From assembly GCA_043228905.1 (NCBI GenBank), contig JBHGNT010000013.1, positions 5,394,001-5,458,000 on the forward strand: 64,000 nucleotides of DNA, written 5' to 3'. The position numbers and the translations under genes were made by a program. The stretch comes from Azolla caroliniana (Eukaryota > Plantae > Polypodiophyta). The notes below the pieces were generated by a model, which had not been told where the DNA came from, did not search any database, and saw only the letters and a program-made list of their open reading frames with translations. Positions 48,241 through 60,299 of this stretch are shown here, piece by piece (the first letter of the stretch is position 1; each line of letters starts with the position of its first letter).

Positions 48241-48434
48241 AGATAAAGAATTTCAACTCCTGTTTCCATAAGCTTTCTCAAAATGGTGTTATTGGTTTAG
48301 GGTTTGTTGATGATAATAATGTTGATGAAGATGGTAATGATGGGTGTGATGACAAGCATTGCAAGGTAGTGGTGGAGATTGATCAGCATTGTGGGGTGAG
48401 GCGTGGCACCTAGAATGGTGTAGGGTAAGCTAAT

Positions 48435-48437
<3 letters not shown>

Positions 48438-48485
<48 letters not shown>
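48438..48485. repeat. (GA)n microsatellite
   Basis: About 24 GA units. Confidence 0.95.
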
Positions 48486-48488
<3 letters not shown>

Positions 48489-48744
48489 GAGAGAACATCT
48501 TTATTCTTCATTCATTACCCATAAGAGGGTTAAATAGTTACAATGAGGTTAGATTTATAAGGGTGCATGACCCTCAAGCCATCCATACACATCACCCACT
48601 CACACCCTTTCCTATTTGTCCATTGACACTCACACTTACGTTCACACTCATACCCACATACATTTCACATTGACACAACACTATACTCTTTCACCCTCAC
48701 TCATCACACTCAAATGTCTATACATCTCATACGGTCACAATAGT

Positions 48745-49310
48745 AGTCGATGCCATGTGTTTGCGCCAACCCATTGGCCACCCGTCCGGCCTTGTACTTG
48801 TTGATCGAGCTCTTAGAATTGTATTTCACCTTATACACCCAGCTACATCCAATCAGCTTTACTCCTTTGGGGAGATCAACGAGGTCCCATGTCTCATTGT
48901 CAACTAGAGGATGCATCTCTTCCTCCATAGCCGCTTTCCATTCCGCATCTTGTGCCGCCTCCACGTAGCTCTTTGGCTCACATATCTCTGCCACTTTAGT
49001 CATGTACGAATATTGATGCACCATGTACTCATGTACCCATACCTAATCACAGGGTTCTTCTAGCGAGATGATCGACGCAACTTTTTGTTGGCCGTCTTCA
49101 AGGTTCTTGTTGGTCAATTCTGACCTCAACTTTGAAGGTTCGTCATTGCTCATGGCCCCATCGGATTCGGTTCTATCCGATGTTCCCATATTGGTGCCAT
49201 ATCCCAACATCTTCTTCTTCCTCTTCTCCTTGTGGGTAGGCTATCTCCTCGGCTTCATCCACAGGGATTGCATGGCCGAGTCTCCATCACTCGATAGCTC
49301 CTCTAAGAGT
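48745..49310 (-). mobile_element. Copia RT N-terminal fragment (related to the 19844 element)
   Basis: EPKSYVEAAQDAEWKAAMEEEM...NETWDLVDLPKGVKLIGCSWVYKVK. Confidence 0.85.
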
Positions 49311-50245
49311 ATAAAGCTTGAATCTTTGTTAGTACGATGTGAATTAAGAGCACTTATTGCCCTTTTCCTTTTCGAAGAGAAAGAATAATAATAATGCATT
49401 TGTAAATAATTACTTAGAGTAATTATGTTAGGCAGAATAGACAAAATAGATGTGTGTTATGTGTGTGTGAAAGAGGAGAGAGGAGAGACACAAGATAGAT
49501 AAAAGATAAAAGACTCAAATGTATATTAACAAGGAGTAAAAAAACAAACTAGCAAACCAACATTTACAAAGGAAAGAGGAGAGTGCTTTATATTAAGTCA
49601 CCCTCTTACTAAATTCTCTCTTTAAAACACCCACTCTCTCTCTCTCTCTCTCTAGCAACTTGGGGAATATGGAAACTGATTAGCTATGTGTCATATTGTA
49701 TGATTCTAGGATACAGAGTTAAAGTTAGGAAGTAGTGGTGACCATTGACGTTTGAGTGTTTATACATTCACTATATAAGGTATGTTCACACACTAAACTT
49801 AGATTGAGTTTGATTTTCAACAACATTAAATGTAAATGAGGTTGGGTTTTCTTGGAGTTTTTGCTTTTGGTGACCTTTTTCTTTGAATTTTTTACTTTCT
49901 TTTCTTCTTGGATTCTTCTTTAGATTTTTTGACATTTTCTTGGGTTTTTAGACATTTAGGAGAAGGAGCTCTTCATTTCCAATCCTCGTCTTTTAGCAAT
50001 GGAAGCTCAACCTCGTATTCGTCGTTTGGACACCATCGGAATCTCCAACTTTTTCCACCTAAATGTGACATCATGGATACATCATTTTTCCATGCCATCA
50101 CCGTCCTTTCCCTTTACAATTTCAGTTACACCTTTTCTTACCATTTACCCTTATTTAAAAACATTTAAAACCCTACCTACGATTCAATAATTCACAATTA
50201 TTTCACCAAATACCCCTCCTACCTACCAATATATATAGATAGATA

Positions 50246-50306
50246 GATACATACATACATACATACATACATACATGCATACATACATACATACAAACAT
50301 ACAAAC
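50246..50306. repeat. (ATAC)n microsatellite
   Basis: Imperfect tetranucleotide run. Confidence 0.9.
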
Positions 50307-50902
50307 ATCAAAGCATATACATAAGCATACATCATCATATAAACACATATTCAAGAGTATTTGCATATTGCACACAGAAATACACAAGTTGATTCCATAA
50401 ACAAACTTTCCTCTATTAACGTACTTAGACCCACATATCTACAATCTCTAAACATACTTAAATAGGGTGTTGGTGCTAAAATCAACACATAATTGTGAGT
50501 AACTTCAATTCATCAACTCAACAAGTCATGTCAACCCATCCTCTCTTGTGTTAAGACCCCATTGGTCCAACTCACATTTCACACACACGCATGCATTCTC
50601 ATCACAATGTGAATTATAACTAATTTGTAAACCCTATACATGCTTGGAGTTGGACTATTTTTAAACCATATTTATGCTCCAACAAAGGAGGTTCTTCATC
50701 CAAAACAAGACCTTTTTTGCACGAAAGAAAATCACGATCAAACAAGCCAAGCACATGCCTTCAAATTTTGAATGAAAACTCTCACAAACATAAGAAGAAA
50801 ATATGGGAGAATTCTTTAATTAATACAATAGTTTATTGAATGTAAATACGATAGAATGTATACAAGAAAAATAGCATAAAAAACTTGTAAAAATGAATTT
50901 TT

Positions 50903-53900
50903 TTAAGCAATGTCATTGATATGCGATTCTAGATAAGCGCCAACTGTGCACATCTCCTCTTTTAGATGCTCCTCGATTGCATCCATGAAATTCTCATCAT
51001 ATTCAAATATCCATTTAATGATGCTTGTATTTGGCTCAACTCCAACTAAAACTTGAGCACTATAAGTCATGTTTGGATTAGAATGCTTTCCCAAATATCC
51101 TCCCTCAAAGATTGTAGCTTTGAAACTCATTTGTTCATGGTCAATGTTGTTCCATAGAAACTTGAGGTAATCAAATTTAGAAAAGTCTGAAGAAATCAAT
51201 AAAAGGTTATCAACGACAATGTTAAAAGTATAAATTGCATTTCAATAAGATCATATTTTTTATTTCTGTGGAAAATATTGACAGAATATGATATGAAACA
51301 TGTTTGTCGCACAATATATGATATCTTGCACAACAAAAGTAAGGATTACGTTAAATGGAAGCACAAGATATAACCCACTTGTGTGGCTAGGTATGTAGAA
51401 GCTCTTCTTGAATAAGGGGGACAAGTTGGATCTCTAAACAAAAGCCTTTATTTGGTGTAAACCAATAGCCAAATAAAGAAGTATTAATGCTAAGATAAAG
51501 TAGGATATTATAAGCTTGCCGTCCATGAGTACTAAAGGTAGATTTTCATGGTCTCTTAAGCTCTCAAGAATGCAATCGTCTCAATTTCCAATGTCAACTA
51601 CCATACCAAACAAGCTTTAAAAAATGTTGATAAAACCTAGTATGCCCATATATTAGTTGATAACATGTAAGGTGCACTTTTGTTGCAAAATGGTTAAGAT
51701 GCAATGACAATATTTAACATTGATTCACCTTTCAAGGGCGTTAAAAACATTGTATGACATGTTCTTTATCTTAATGATTCAAATGGCTTGAAATCAGATA
51801 ATTTACCCATTAATATGGATGCGACATTATGACTCTTTATAAGGTATAACTTTTGTTTTGTCATTTGTACTTGGAGTGCTCAACATGTTGGATAATATAT
51901 TCCAAAGGTTACATCCAAGTGTTCATATTAGAGAACATCTCAAATTAATCATTGAAAACTTTCAATTTGGCATTCCAATGTAATAGATTTGTTATATATT
52001 CATTCCATACCGAATCTTCCATGAGGATTGAGAATGGACTCATCACTAAACTCATTTCACAGCATTTTGTGCAACGTATATACTGTAGATGCAATGAAGT
52101 GAATGTACAACAAATGCACATATTATCCATTCATGTCAAAGCTATGTAAAAAAAGTTGATTGCTACATTTTTTAGATCATTTTAAAGAGGATTTTAGTAT
52201 TTTTAAAGTGGCAAGTTCTTTTGTTGAAAGCACACTATGAAGGACATGGACAAATTTAATATAACCATTCTCTTGTGAATGAATCTAATCAAATTTTTCC
52301 GTGTCCTTTTTAGTACTTATAACAAAAGAACCTTGCAGCTTTAAAAATACTGACCTCTTTGAAATGATCTGAAAATCACAAAGTGGTTCATACAATGTAT
52401 CTTTTAAGAATCTTCAAAATAGTGTATATGCATCACTTCCTTGCAAATGTACTTAACATCATGTTTATGTTAAGTATGAATTTCCTAAAGGAATATGTGG
52501 GTGTGACATATGTACATTGGAGGTTTGGATATTATAGATATTGGGGAGATAGAAAAGAAATTTCTATATCGTGTTACTATAGATCTCAATGGTTTAAGAA
52601 GGATAGCAATAATTATCTAGTTATTCCACAATATGGTAAACAAAAAGGAATGCTTTACATTTTACGAGATGGCACAAAAAGTAATGAGTATAAAAGCATT
52701 ATCATGGATAGAAGTATGACTTGATGGTGAGGACTTAATTGAAGCCATATGTTTCTAAACTTTGTTTTCTAGGGCATTAATAGAGACTATAAAAAAGAGG
52801 CTTCAAGATCCATTCAAATCTAAAGAAAATGCACATATCACCAATGAACATGTCTATTGGATCTACTTGCAAACTTTTATGGCATTCGAAAAAGATAGAT
52901 TGGAAAGCGTTTTCTCCCATAATTTATAATTGATAAATTCTTTGATGAATATACAAATTTTAGACCGCAAGCTACCACGAAATGGCTTGGAAGATATTTC
53001 TTTGATGTTTGAGTACGATAAGTTGTAATGATGTGTGAAAAGAAAAGCTACCCAAGCTTTTAAAGCTTTCGTTGATAAGGTTAATTCAATGTTTTTCGAC
53101 TACAACATGTGAGAGAAGCTTTAGTCGCCTAAATCTAATAAAGAATAAGTTCAAAATTAGGCTAAAAAGCAATGCAATAGATGCATTGATACGAGTCTCC
53201 ATTGAAGGACCTGAACTAGAAGAACATTACCTCAATGCCAACATTAGGTTGTGGCGAGAAAGCAAGGCATATCATCATATTTTTACAATAACATCTCATG
53301 AGCATGATGATGACATCTAGGAGTTCATAAAAGATATAGATTGGAACTTCGTAAATTCAATCTAATTTGTTTTAAAGTTTTATATATATTAGATCTAATT
53401 TTATCTAATATGTTGCTAATGCTAGTTTACAAAGTTTTGATAAGTGAATTTTGTTTACATAGTCAAGTATTTCTTTTTTTTGGAAATATATACATATATA
53501 CTTTTTTGGATCCAAACTTTTGTGATTTATTTGATTTGGTATTGTGCTAGAATTTTATTTCCTGATTTGGAATGTGCTAATTTTTATTTTCAACATGTTC
53601 CGGTTGAAATTGTCGCTTGTAGGAAAGTGGCTAGTTAAAGTTTTAAATTTCCAATTAGGTAACACGTTCATTAGAAGCATGAAAATTTCCGGTAGGGGAT
53701 ATAGACTTTGCCAACACTAGTGTGCATTAAGTAAACAAGAAGTTATTATGGGAGAAAGAAAATCTTTTTTATGATGTTAAGGAATTAGAGATAGAACCAT
53801 GCATAAGTCTTGTATTTAGATTTGTGTGATTTGACATTTGGATATGTATCATTTGACACATATATGGACTATAATTAAAACATGGCTTACTTAGATTTGT

Positions 53901-54512
53901 GAGACTTGACCCTCAAACATGGACTAAAAAATGCATGGGCTTCCTTAAAAGAACCAATTTAGGATACAAAGCACAAAATAATTGACTAAATTTAATCGGT
54001 AATTGAACGGCAATTCATAATAGGGATATGATGATGGAAATTATTGAAACATTATATTGCTCTCTAGACTCCATGCATTATACTAAGTCAATAGTACATA
54101 GAAATTGGCGCATGTCTTTTCTGAATGAATAGAAAGTAGGTGGATAGTTTCATATCCACTAAGTTGGAACTCATGATTTGTTCATGATAAACAAGTAATG
54201 CAATAGTTTATACATCAAGTCAATAATACATAGTTTGAGATAGTAAAAATGTATACACACAAACACACATACACATACATATACTACATATACATATAAT
54301 GCATCCATATGTAAGGAGGGAGAATTACTCTCAACATTGTAGTTTATTTGGCCAACGCCTCCAGTAGCAAGAGGGGGGCCATCCAAGTACTCAATCGAGG
54401 TGTAGTGTTGTGGGATTGCTTTCGGTAAGGTGATTTGCAAGTTCTTCATCCATACCCTCCAAACATCTTTTGGTGAATGCTTGATAACTATATCAAGCTC
54501 AAATTGTTTCAT
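50903..54512 (-). CDS. Bet v 1/PR-10/MLP (START-like fold) protein, ~155 aa; exons 54512-54329 and 51186-50903
   Basis: Exon 1 reads MKQFELDIVIKHSPKDVW...LPKAIPQHYTSIEYLDGPPLATGGVGQINY. A phase-1 GT..AG intron at codon 62 is the conserved PR-10 position. Exon 2 reads IDHEQMSFKATIFEGGYLG...SIIKWIFEY...VGAYLESH. Confidence 0.88.
51930..53719 (+). mobile_element. Decayed hAT transposon inside the Bet v 1-like intron
   Basis: hAT C-terminal dimerisation motif TTTCERSFSRLNLIKNKFKIRL (53072-53320) and a TIR-like end TTGCCAACACTA at 53708-53719. The left boundary was not resolved. Confidence 0.75.
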
Positions 54513-54533
54513 TTTGTTTGTCTCACACACTAT

Positions 54534-54537
<4 letters not shown>

Positions 54538-54594
<57 letters not shown>
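54538..54594. repeat. (CT)n microsatellite in the predicted 5' UTR of the Bet v 1-like gene
   Basis: About 28 units, with the nearer end ~26 nt from the ATG. Confidence 0.95.
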
Positions 54595-54597
<3 letters not shown>

Positions 54598-55958
54598 TAC
54601 TTAGTATTCTTGCTTGTATATTCATACATACATACATATATATGTGTGTGTGTGTGTGTATAATGTAGGTGTATATGTCTATTTATCATCATTTACATTA
54701 TAAATTGAAATTTGCATTTTTTTGAGCTCTTGTGATAAACCTATGGGAAATACTTTAAAGAAAAACAAAATTTAAATGAATGTTAAAATTGTCGTTATAA
54801 AGCATTTATATAAAATTTAATAAATGTTAAAAGTGTCATTGTAAAGAATTTATGTATATAATATTTTGTAAATGTTAAAACTTACTTTTAAAACAAGAAT
54901 TTCATTAAAAAAAACAATTAAATCGTTTAAACTACAATTTCTAACTGTTAAAATTGAACCGAACTGTTTTAACCATTAAGCTGCAGTTTCACGGTTCGGT
55001 GTGGTTCGAACTGAATCGTTGCTGATAGTTAATGAATATTGGTAACCTTGATGAAACAAAATAAAACCTTGTTGTCTTTGAATATGAAAGGGAACATGGG
55101 CAAGTAAATGAAATTGTAAGGGACAAATAGAACCTAACTTTGATTACTCTCCTTATTTTCTCTGGACCTCACTACTTTAGGATTACAAGCTTTACATAAC
55201 CTTTTTCTCGTGAATATAAAACTTCATTACAAAAGTTGAAATACCACTATGGTTATTTTACACGAATCGGATCCCATTTACATCTAGTCAACTGAGACTA
55301 GTATGATGATACTTTAAACCAAATAAAATGATTCCTCGTTTGAGTTAAAATAATGGATTTAAGTTTTGTGTATTGCTTACTATAGGGCATCACAATGGTT
55401 CAAGGAAAAAAAAGGGTATTAATTACTATAGGGCCTATTCATTTCGTAAGCAAGTAAATAAAGTTCAAGGAAACAATCAAAAGAAAAAGAAAAAGGAGAA
55501 AAAAAGGGTGTTACTTACTATAGGGTCTATTCATTTCATCAGTAGGTAGATAAACTTCAAGGAAACTATCAAAAATTGGAAAATTTCTTATGTTTGAATT
55601 TTATAGGGTCTAAATCAAACCAAAGTGATGGATAGGAAAAAAGAGAAAGGGACAATTGAAGTAGTTAAATCAAACCAATGAAATAGTTAAATCTTGAACT
55701 AATATTGAAGCATGTTTCCAAGATTTAGATAAAGAATTTCAACTCGTGTTTCCATAAGCTTTCTCATAACACTACATCTCAATTGTTTAGATGGATGGAC
55801 CCTCACTCATTTAGGGAGCAATCCTATACATAAACACCCTTATTGTACCTCTTGATTTTCTTGCATTTGAAACTATATTAATACATCAAAGCTCTATATA
55901 GCTTTGAACTCTCAACAATTACCTAGTTTATGTGCCAATGATCATATAATATTGATTG

Positions 55959-56529
55959 CATCATAGCCATGACAAGATGGTAAGATAATGATGGATGTCT
56001 TCTAACAACAACATGCATTGTTCCTCATACATTGCACCATTTCTTGCACATTGTGCAACCACGTATCCTTCTTGGACTTTTTCTCCAAAGAGGTTTACCT
56101 TTAGGTTCCAATCATATCTTGTTGATTCCATCATAGCCGTGACATGATGGTAAGATAATGGTGGATGTCTGCTAATAACAACATGCATTGTTCCTCATAC
56201 ATTGCACCATTTCTTGCACATTGTGCAACCACGTATCCTTCTTGGACTTTTTCTCCAAAGAGGTTCACCATTTAGGTTCCAATCATATCATGTTGATTCC
56301 ATCATAGCCGTGACATGATGGTAAGATAATGATGGATGTCTGCTAACAACAACGTGCATTGTTCCTCATACATTGCATCATTTCTTGCACATCGTGTAAC
56401 CATGTATCCTTCTTGGACTTTTTCTCCAAAGAGGTTTGTCGTTTAGGTTCCAATGATAATATAATATTGATTCCATCATAGCCATGACATGATGGTAAGA
56501 TAATGATGGATGTCTTCTAATAACAACAG
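55959..56529. repeat. ~171-bp tandem repeat, about 3.3 copies
   Basis: Units starting CATCATAGCC at ~55959, 56129, 56300 and 56474. Confidence 0.92.
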
Positions 56530-56531
56530 AT

Positions 56532-57000
56532 TAGATGTTTCTAATAGTGAAAGAAACCACAACGAATTACCCCTTAATCTCCTATATGATGTTCATTCTA
56601 ACGTGAGCATCACAGTGGTTAGAGATCAATCCTAATGTAAACATAAGACAAGGAAATATAAGATGGATTGATAAGAAAAAAGAGAGAAAAAAAGGTACTA
56701 ATCCACTCGACCACCATCGGGCGAAGACATCGACACAGACTTGAGCCTTGATTGGCGTCCCATGGCATTGAGTCATACTAGTGTCGTGGAGAATTGCGAC
56801 CACTAGGAGAAAGGTTTGTTAGATGCATGCGAACAAGGGTGTGAATGGATACACATGAAAGAAGTCTTATGTATAAACAATCATATTAAGTAGTATAGTG
56901 TTAATAAGTACATGGTAGAGTATTTTAATAGGTACTTTATGATCCTTCAGAAAGAGGAGAATTATAGTGAGTGATAGAAGGAAATCATGGAGGGAATCTC
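56532..57000 (+). repeat. Local dispersed duplication; second copy at ~59589-60270
   Basis: Shared blocks TAGATGTTT..AATAGTGAAAGAAAC, CCTAATGTAAACATAAGACAAGGAAATATAAGAT and GAGCCTTGATTGGCGTCC. Confidence 0.8.
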
Positions 57001-58071
57001 TAATAAAAAACGATCGACAGAGCAACGTGATATAATGTCGACCCTCCCTCATTTTGGAGCTATAACATGGAAAATGGAAATACCACTATGATTATTTTAC
57101 ACGAATTGGATCCCATATACACCTCATCAAGTGAGACTAGTATGATGATATTGTAAACCATATCAAATGATTCCTTGTTTGAGTTAAATTAATGGATTTG
57201 AGTTTCATGTGCATAAAATGTACATCCATCAAACAAATGAATTGTAGGAACTCAATCATGTTAAAATGTATATGTCAATTTAGTAACTCTATTATCTTTT
57301 GTCACTTTTTCTTGGATTGGTTGAAAGGTCACACAATAGATGTATGGTCAAGCCAGTAGATGTTTTTTCGTATTATTTTATTGTCAGTTATACTCATCCA
57401 TTTCTCCTTCTTTAGCCATGGCAAGAGCTCGATGGAGCTCTCTCTCTACTCTGTCTTGGTCTATGTCTGTAAAGTTGTTTCTGTTTGTCGGCCGTCAGTC
57501 GTGCCTGTTCATTGGCCATTTGTCGACCGTCGTCGTCGTGGACTATCCGACGGCCATCTCTCAGTTCGGCCGGCTGAATCATTGGTGGTCGTGTCTATTT
57601 GGCTAGTTTATTTTTTTTGTCATCTGGCTCGTTGGTCATCTCTCTTGGGTGGCTGTTTGGCCATACTCTCGGCTGGCCGAGCGTCTCAACTGTGCTCTTG
57701 GCCACACGTTTTGGCCGTCTTCTCGGTCGCGCGTCTTGGCCATGCTCTTGGTTGCGTATCTCGCCCGTTGTTTCTCATTCATCACTTGGCCGTATTCTCG
57801 GCCGTGCATGGCCATCGACCCGGCCACCATTGTTCAGCCACCATTGTCCGACTCATCTATGCCTCGAATCTCACCTCTGCCCGTGTCTCCCTATGCAGCT
57901 GCCTCATCTTGATTGTCCTTTTTGCCTCCCCCTGAAGCTCTCTCTTCTTGAGTTGCACTTAGATTCGGGTAGATCTAGAGGTCAATCTCGTGGTATATTC
58001 ATAGTATGAAAACTCTTGAACTACTTTTTGAGATTCTTTGAGAAGACCAACATCATCTTGCTACACAGAGC

Positions 58072-58872
58072 TTAAATGAGGACATGCATAATGACATGAA
58101 TTAATAAACAACCACACCTTTCTTCAGTGCAATCATGTCTTTCAAGCATATCTTGAAATTTATCTTGAAATTGATGCAGTCCATGACGCAACATCTCTGA
58201 CTCAAGCATATAAAGCACTTTCTGAGTTGCATCAAGAAAGCCATACCTAGCATACATATAAACCAATGTACTTCCACCGCTTTTTGATACTAGAATATGC
58301 ATTTTTGTAAAAGAATAGTGTGCGGAAGTAATAGAAAACCAAAAAACAGAAACACAGGTTTAATGGAGAGCTTGAATATACATAGTACGCGGGAGAGTCA
58401 GAGAAAGAGCAAAACATAAAACTCTATTAAAAAATTAACTCTCAAACTCTGTACATCATATGTGTTTAGTGAACACTTTTATACAAGTCCATACGGACTG
58501 ACAGAAGTACGGTGTACTTCAATGCTCACTCGAGCGTCTGCCACTAACTACGAGACTATTAACTATCTAGTAGTCTAGGCTACTACTAGGCTTCCAGTTA
58601 CTGTTTGATCCAGCTCACCGGCTCAATTGCTCGTCGGCTTGCCGATCCGTCTCACTGATCCGGCTTCATCCTTCCGGTTGTCGATCTAGCTCAGGCTTAT
58701 TCAGCCGATACGGATCTGGTTGAGCTTGCCGCTCAACAATTTTAGATCCATTTCTTGGATCTTTAAGCTTTTCCCAAGTAATTAGTAAGGCCACAAGAGT
58801 GACACTACACATGCAAACAGGAACATTCATCTCCATTTCCTCATATAATGTCAAGTGTTCTTGGGTGGGCAT
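58072..58872 (-). pseudogene. PLS-class pentatricopeptide repeat gene fragment split by a solo LTR
   Basis: Removing the LTR joins EHLTLYEEM...VTLVALL...LKDPRNGSKI to HILVSKSGGSTLVYMYARYGFLDATQKVL, giving a typical P-L-S succession. Confidence 0.7.
58306..58738 (-). mobile_element. Copia solo LTR (related to the 19844-family LTR)
   Basis: TGTAAAAGAATA...CTCAACA with perfect TSD ATTTT. Confidence 0.88.
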
Positions 58873-60299
58873 TGAAGGAGGAGAACTGGGTAATGGAAAC
58901 AGAGGAAGGGTACTCCGAAGCTAGCAGAAGTTGAGATGGTGCAAGCGACACAGGGTAGGTCTAGGGTAAGGGCAAGCTATGGTGATAATCTTCTTTTTCT
59001 TCTTCAAGCTCGGCTATGAATTGGACATATAGATAAAGGGAGAGAGACTTCTTCTCAAGGTGGGGGAAACTTAATAAGCTCCTCTCATGGCACACCTACC
59101 CTTTCTTTCTCTAGTTGCACCAACACACAAATATAGAGGAGCAGAGAGGGAGTGGGAGCTTTAGGCACCATGGCCATGGATGACGTTTCTTGGCTTTAGG
59201 TTTCCTTCACAATAGCACACACCCACACACTTGGGCATACTCGCAAATAAGACAGAGATGCAAACCCTAAACTTCTTCTCAAAGGAGGGTTGTCCGTTTA
59301 GACGTGCCAAAAGTGTTCTAGGCTTCACCCCCCTCCCAAGGGGGTACGATATATAGAGAGAAGGAGAGAGTGAAAATAAGAATGACACCCAAAATAAGAG
59401 GGAAAAAGTTATTCATTACAACGGTTACATGACTGTTATAAATAAGACCGTTATTATGTGCATGTGTCCATACACATACTCGTCCTCACACACACATTTA
59501 CTTTACACATACACATCAACCACATCATTACACCTACCCTTATGCCTCCCCGTATATTCTTACGGGTAACATCTTCTACCAACAAGACTAGATGTTTTGA
59601 ATAGTGAAAGAAACAACAACAAACTGTCAAGATTCAAACTCTTGACCTCTTGTATTATAGTCAAATGCTATATTGTAACCAACACATCCAAGTACATGGT
59701 CATGTGTTCATGACACAGTCCTGGGTTCAAGTCCACATGAAGCATAATGTTCACAGATTCATGACACTCCTGACACAGTCCTAGGCTCAAGTCCAAGTGA
59801 AGCATAATGTTCATGAATTCATGACACAAACTACTCCTTAATCTCCTATATTCTTGTGCATTCTAACTTGGGCATCACAATGATTAGAGATTATTCCTAA
59901 TGTAAACATAAGACAAGGAAATATAAGATAGATATATAAGAAAAAAGAGAAAAAAGAGTATTGATCCACCTGATCACCACCGAGCGAAGTGATCGAGATA
60001 TAATCGAGCCTTGATTGGCGTCCCACACCACTGCCATGACATCAAGTTGTACTAGTGTCGTGGATGATTGCGGTCACTAGGAGAAAGGTCCGTCAGATGT
60101 GTGTGAACAAGGGTGTGAATGGATGTACATGAAAGAAGTCGTATGTATAAACAATCATAAGTATTATAGTATTAACAAGTACAAGGTAGAGTATTTTAAT
60201 AGGTACTTTATGATTCAGCAAAAAGAGTGATGGGAGGAAATCGCGAAGGGAATATCTCACAGAAAATGAGTAACAAAGTATCATGGAGATTAACAAGGA

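Noticed and set aside
49327-49825. Possible solo LTR (TGTTAG...CAACA)
   Set aside because: No matching TSD or second copy in the window, so the boundaries cannot be supported.
57340-58009. Several overlapping ORFs up to 191 aa
   Set aside because: No recognisable domain. The GC-rich, internally repetitive sequence is probably an unclassified TE interior.
59711-59828. GGTTCAAGTCC B-box-like motif in a ~60-bp two-copy repeat
   Set aside because: No A-box or cloverleaf. Too degenerate to call a tRNA or SINE.
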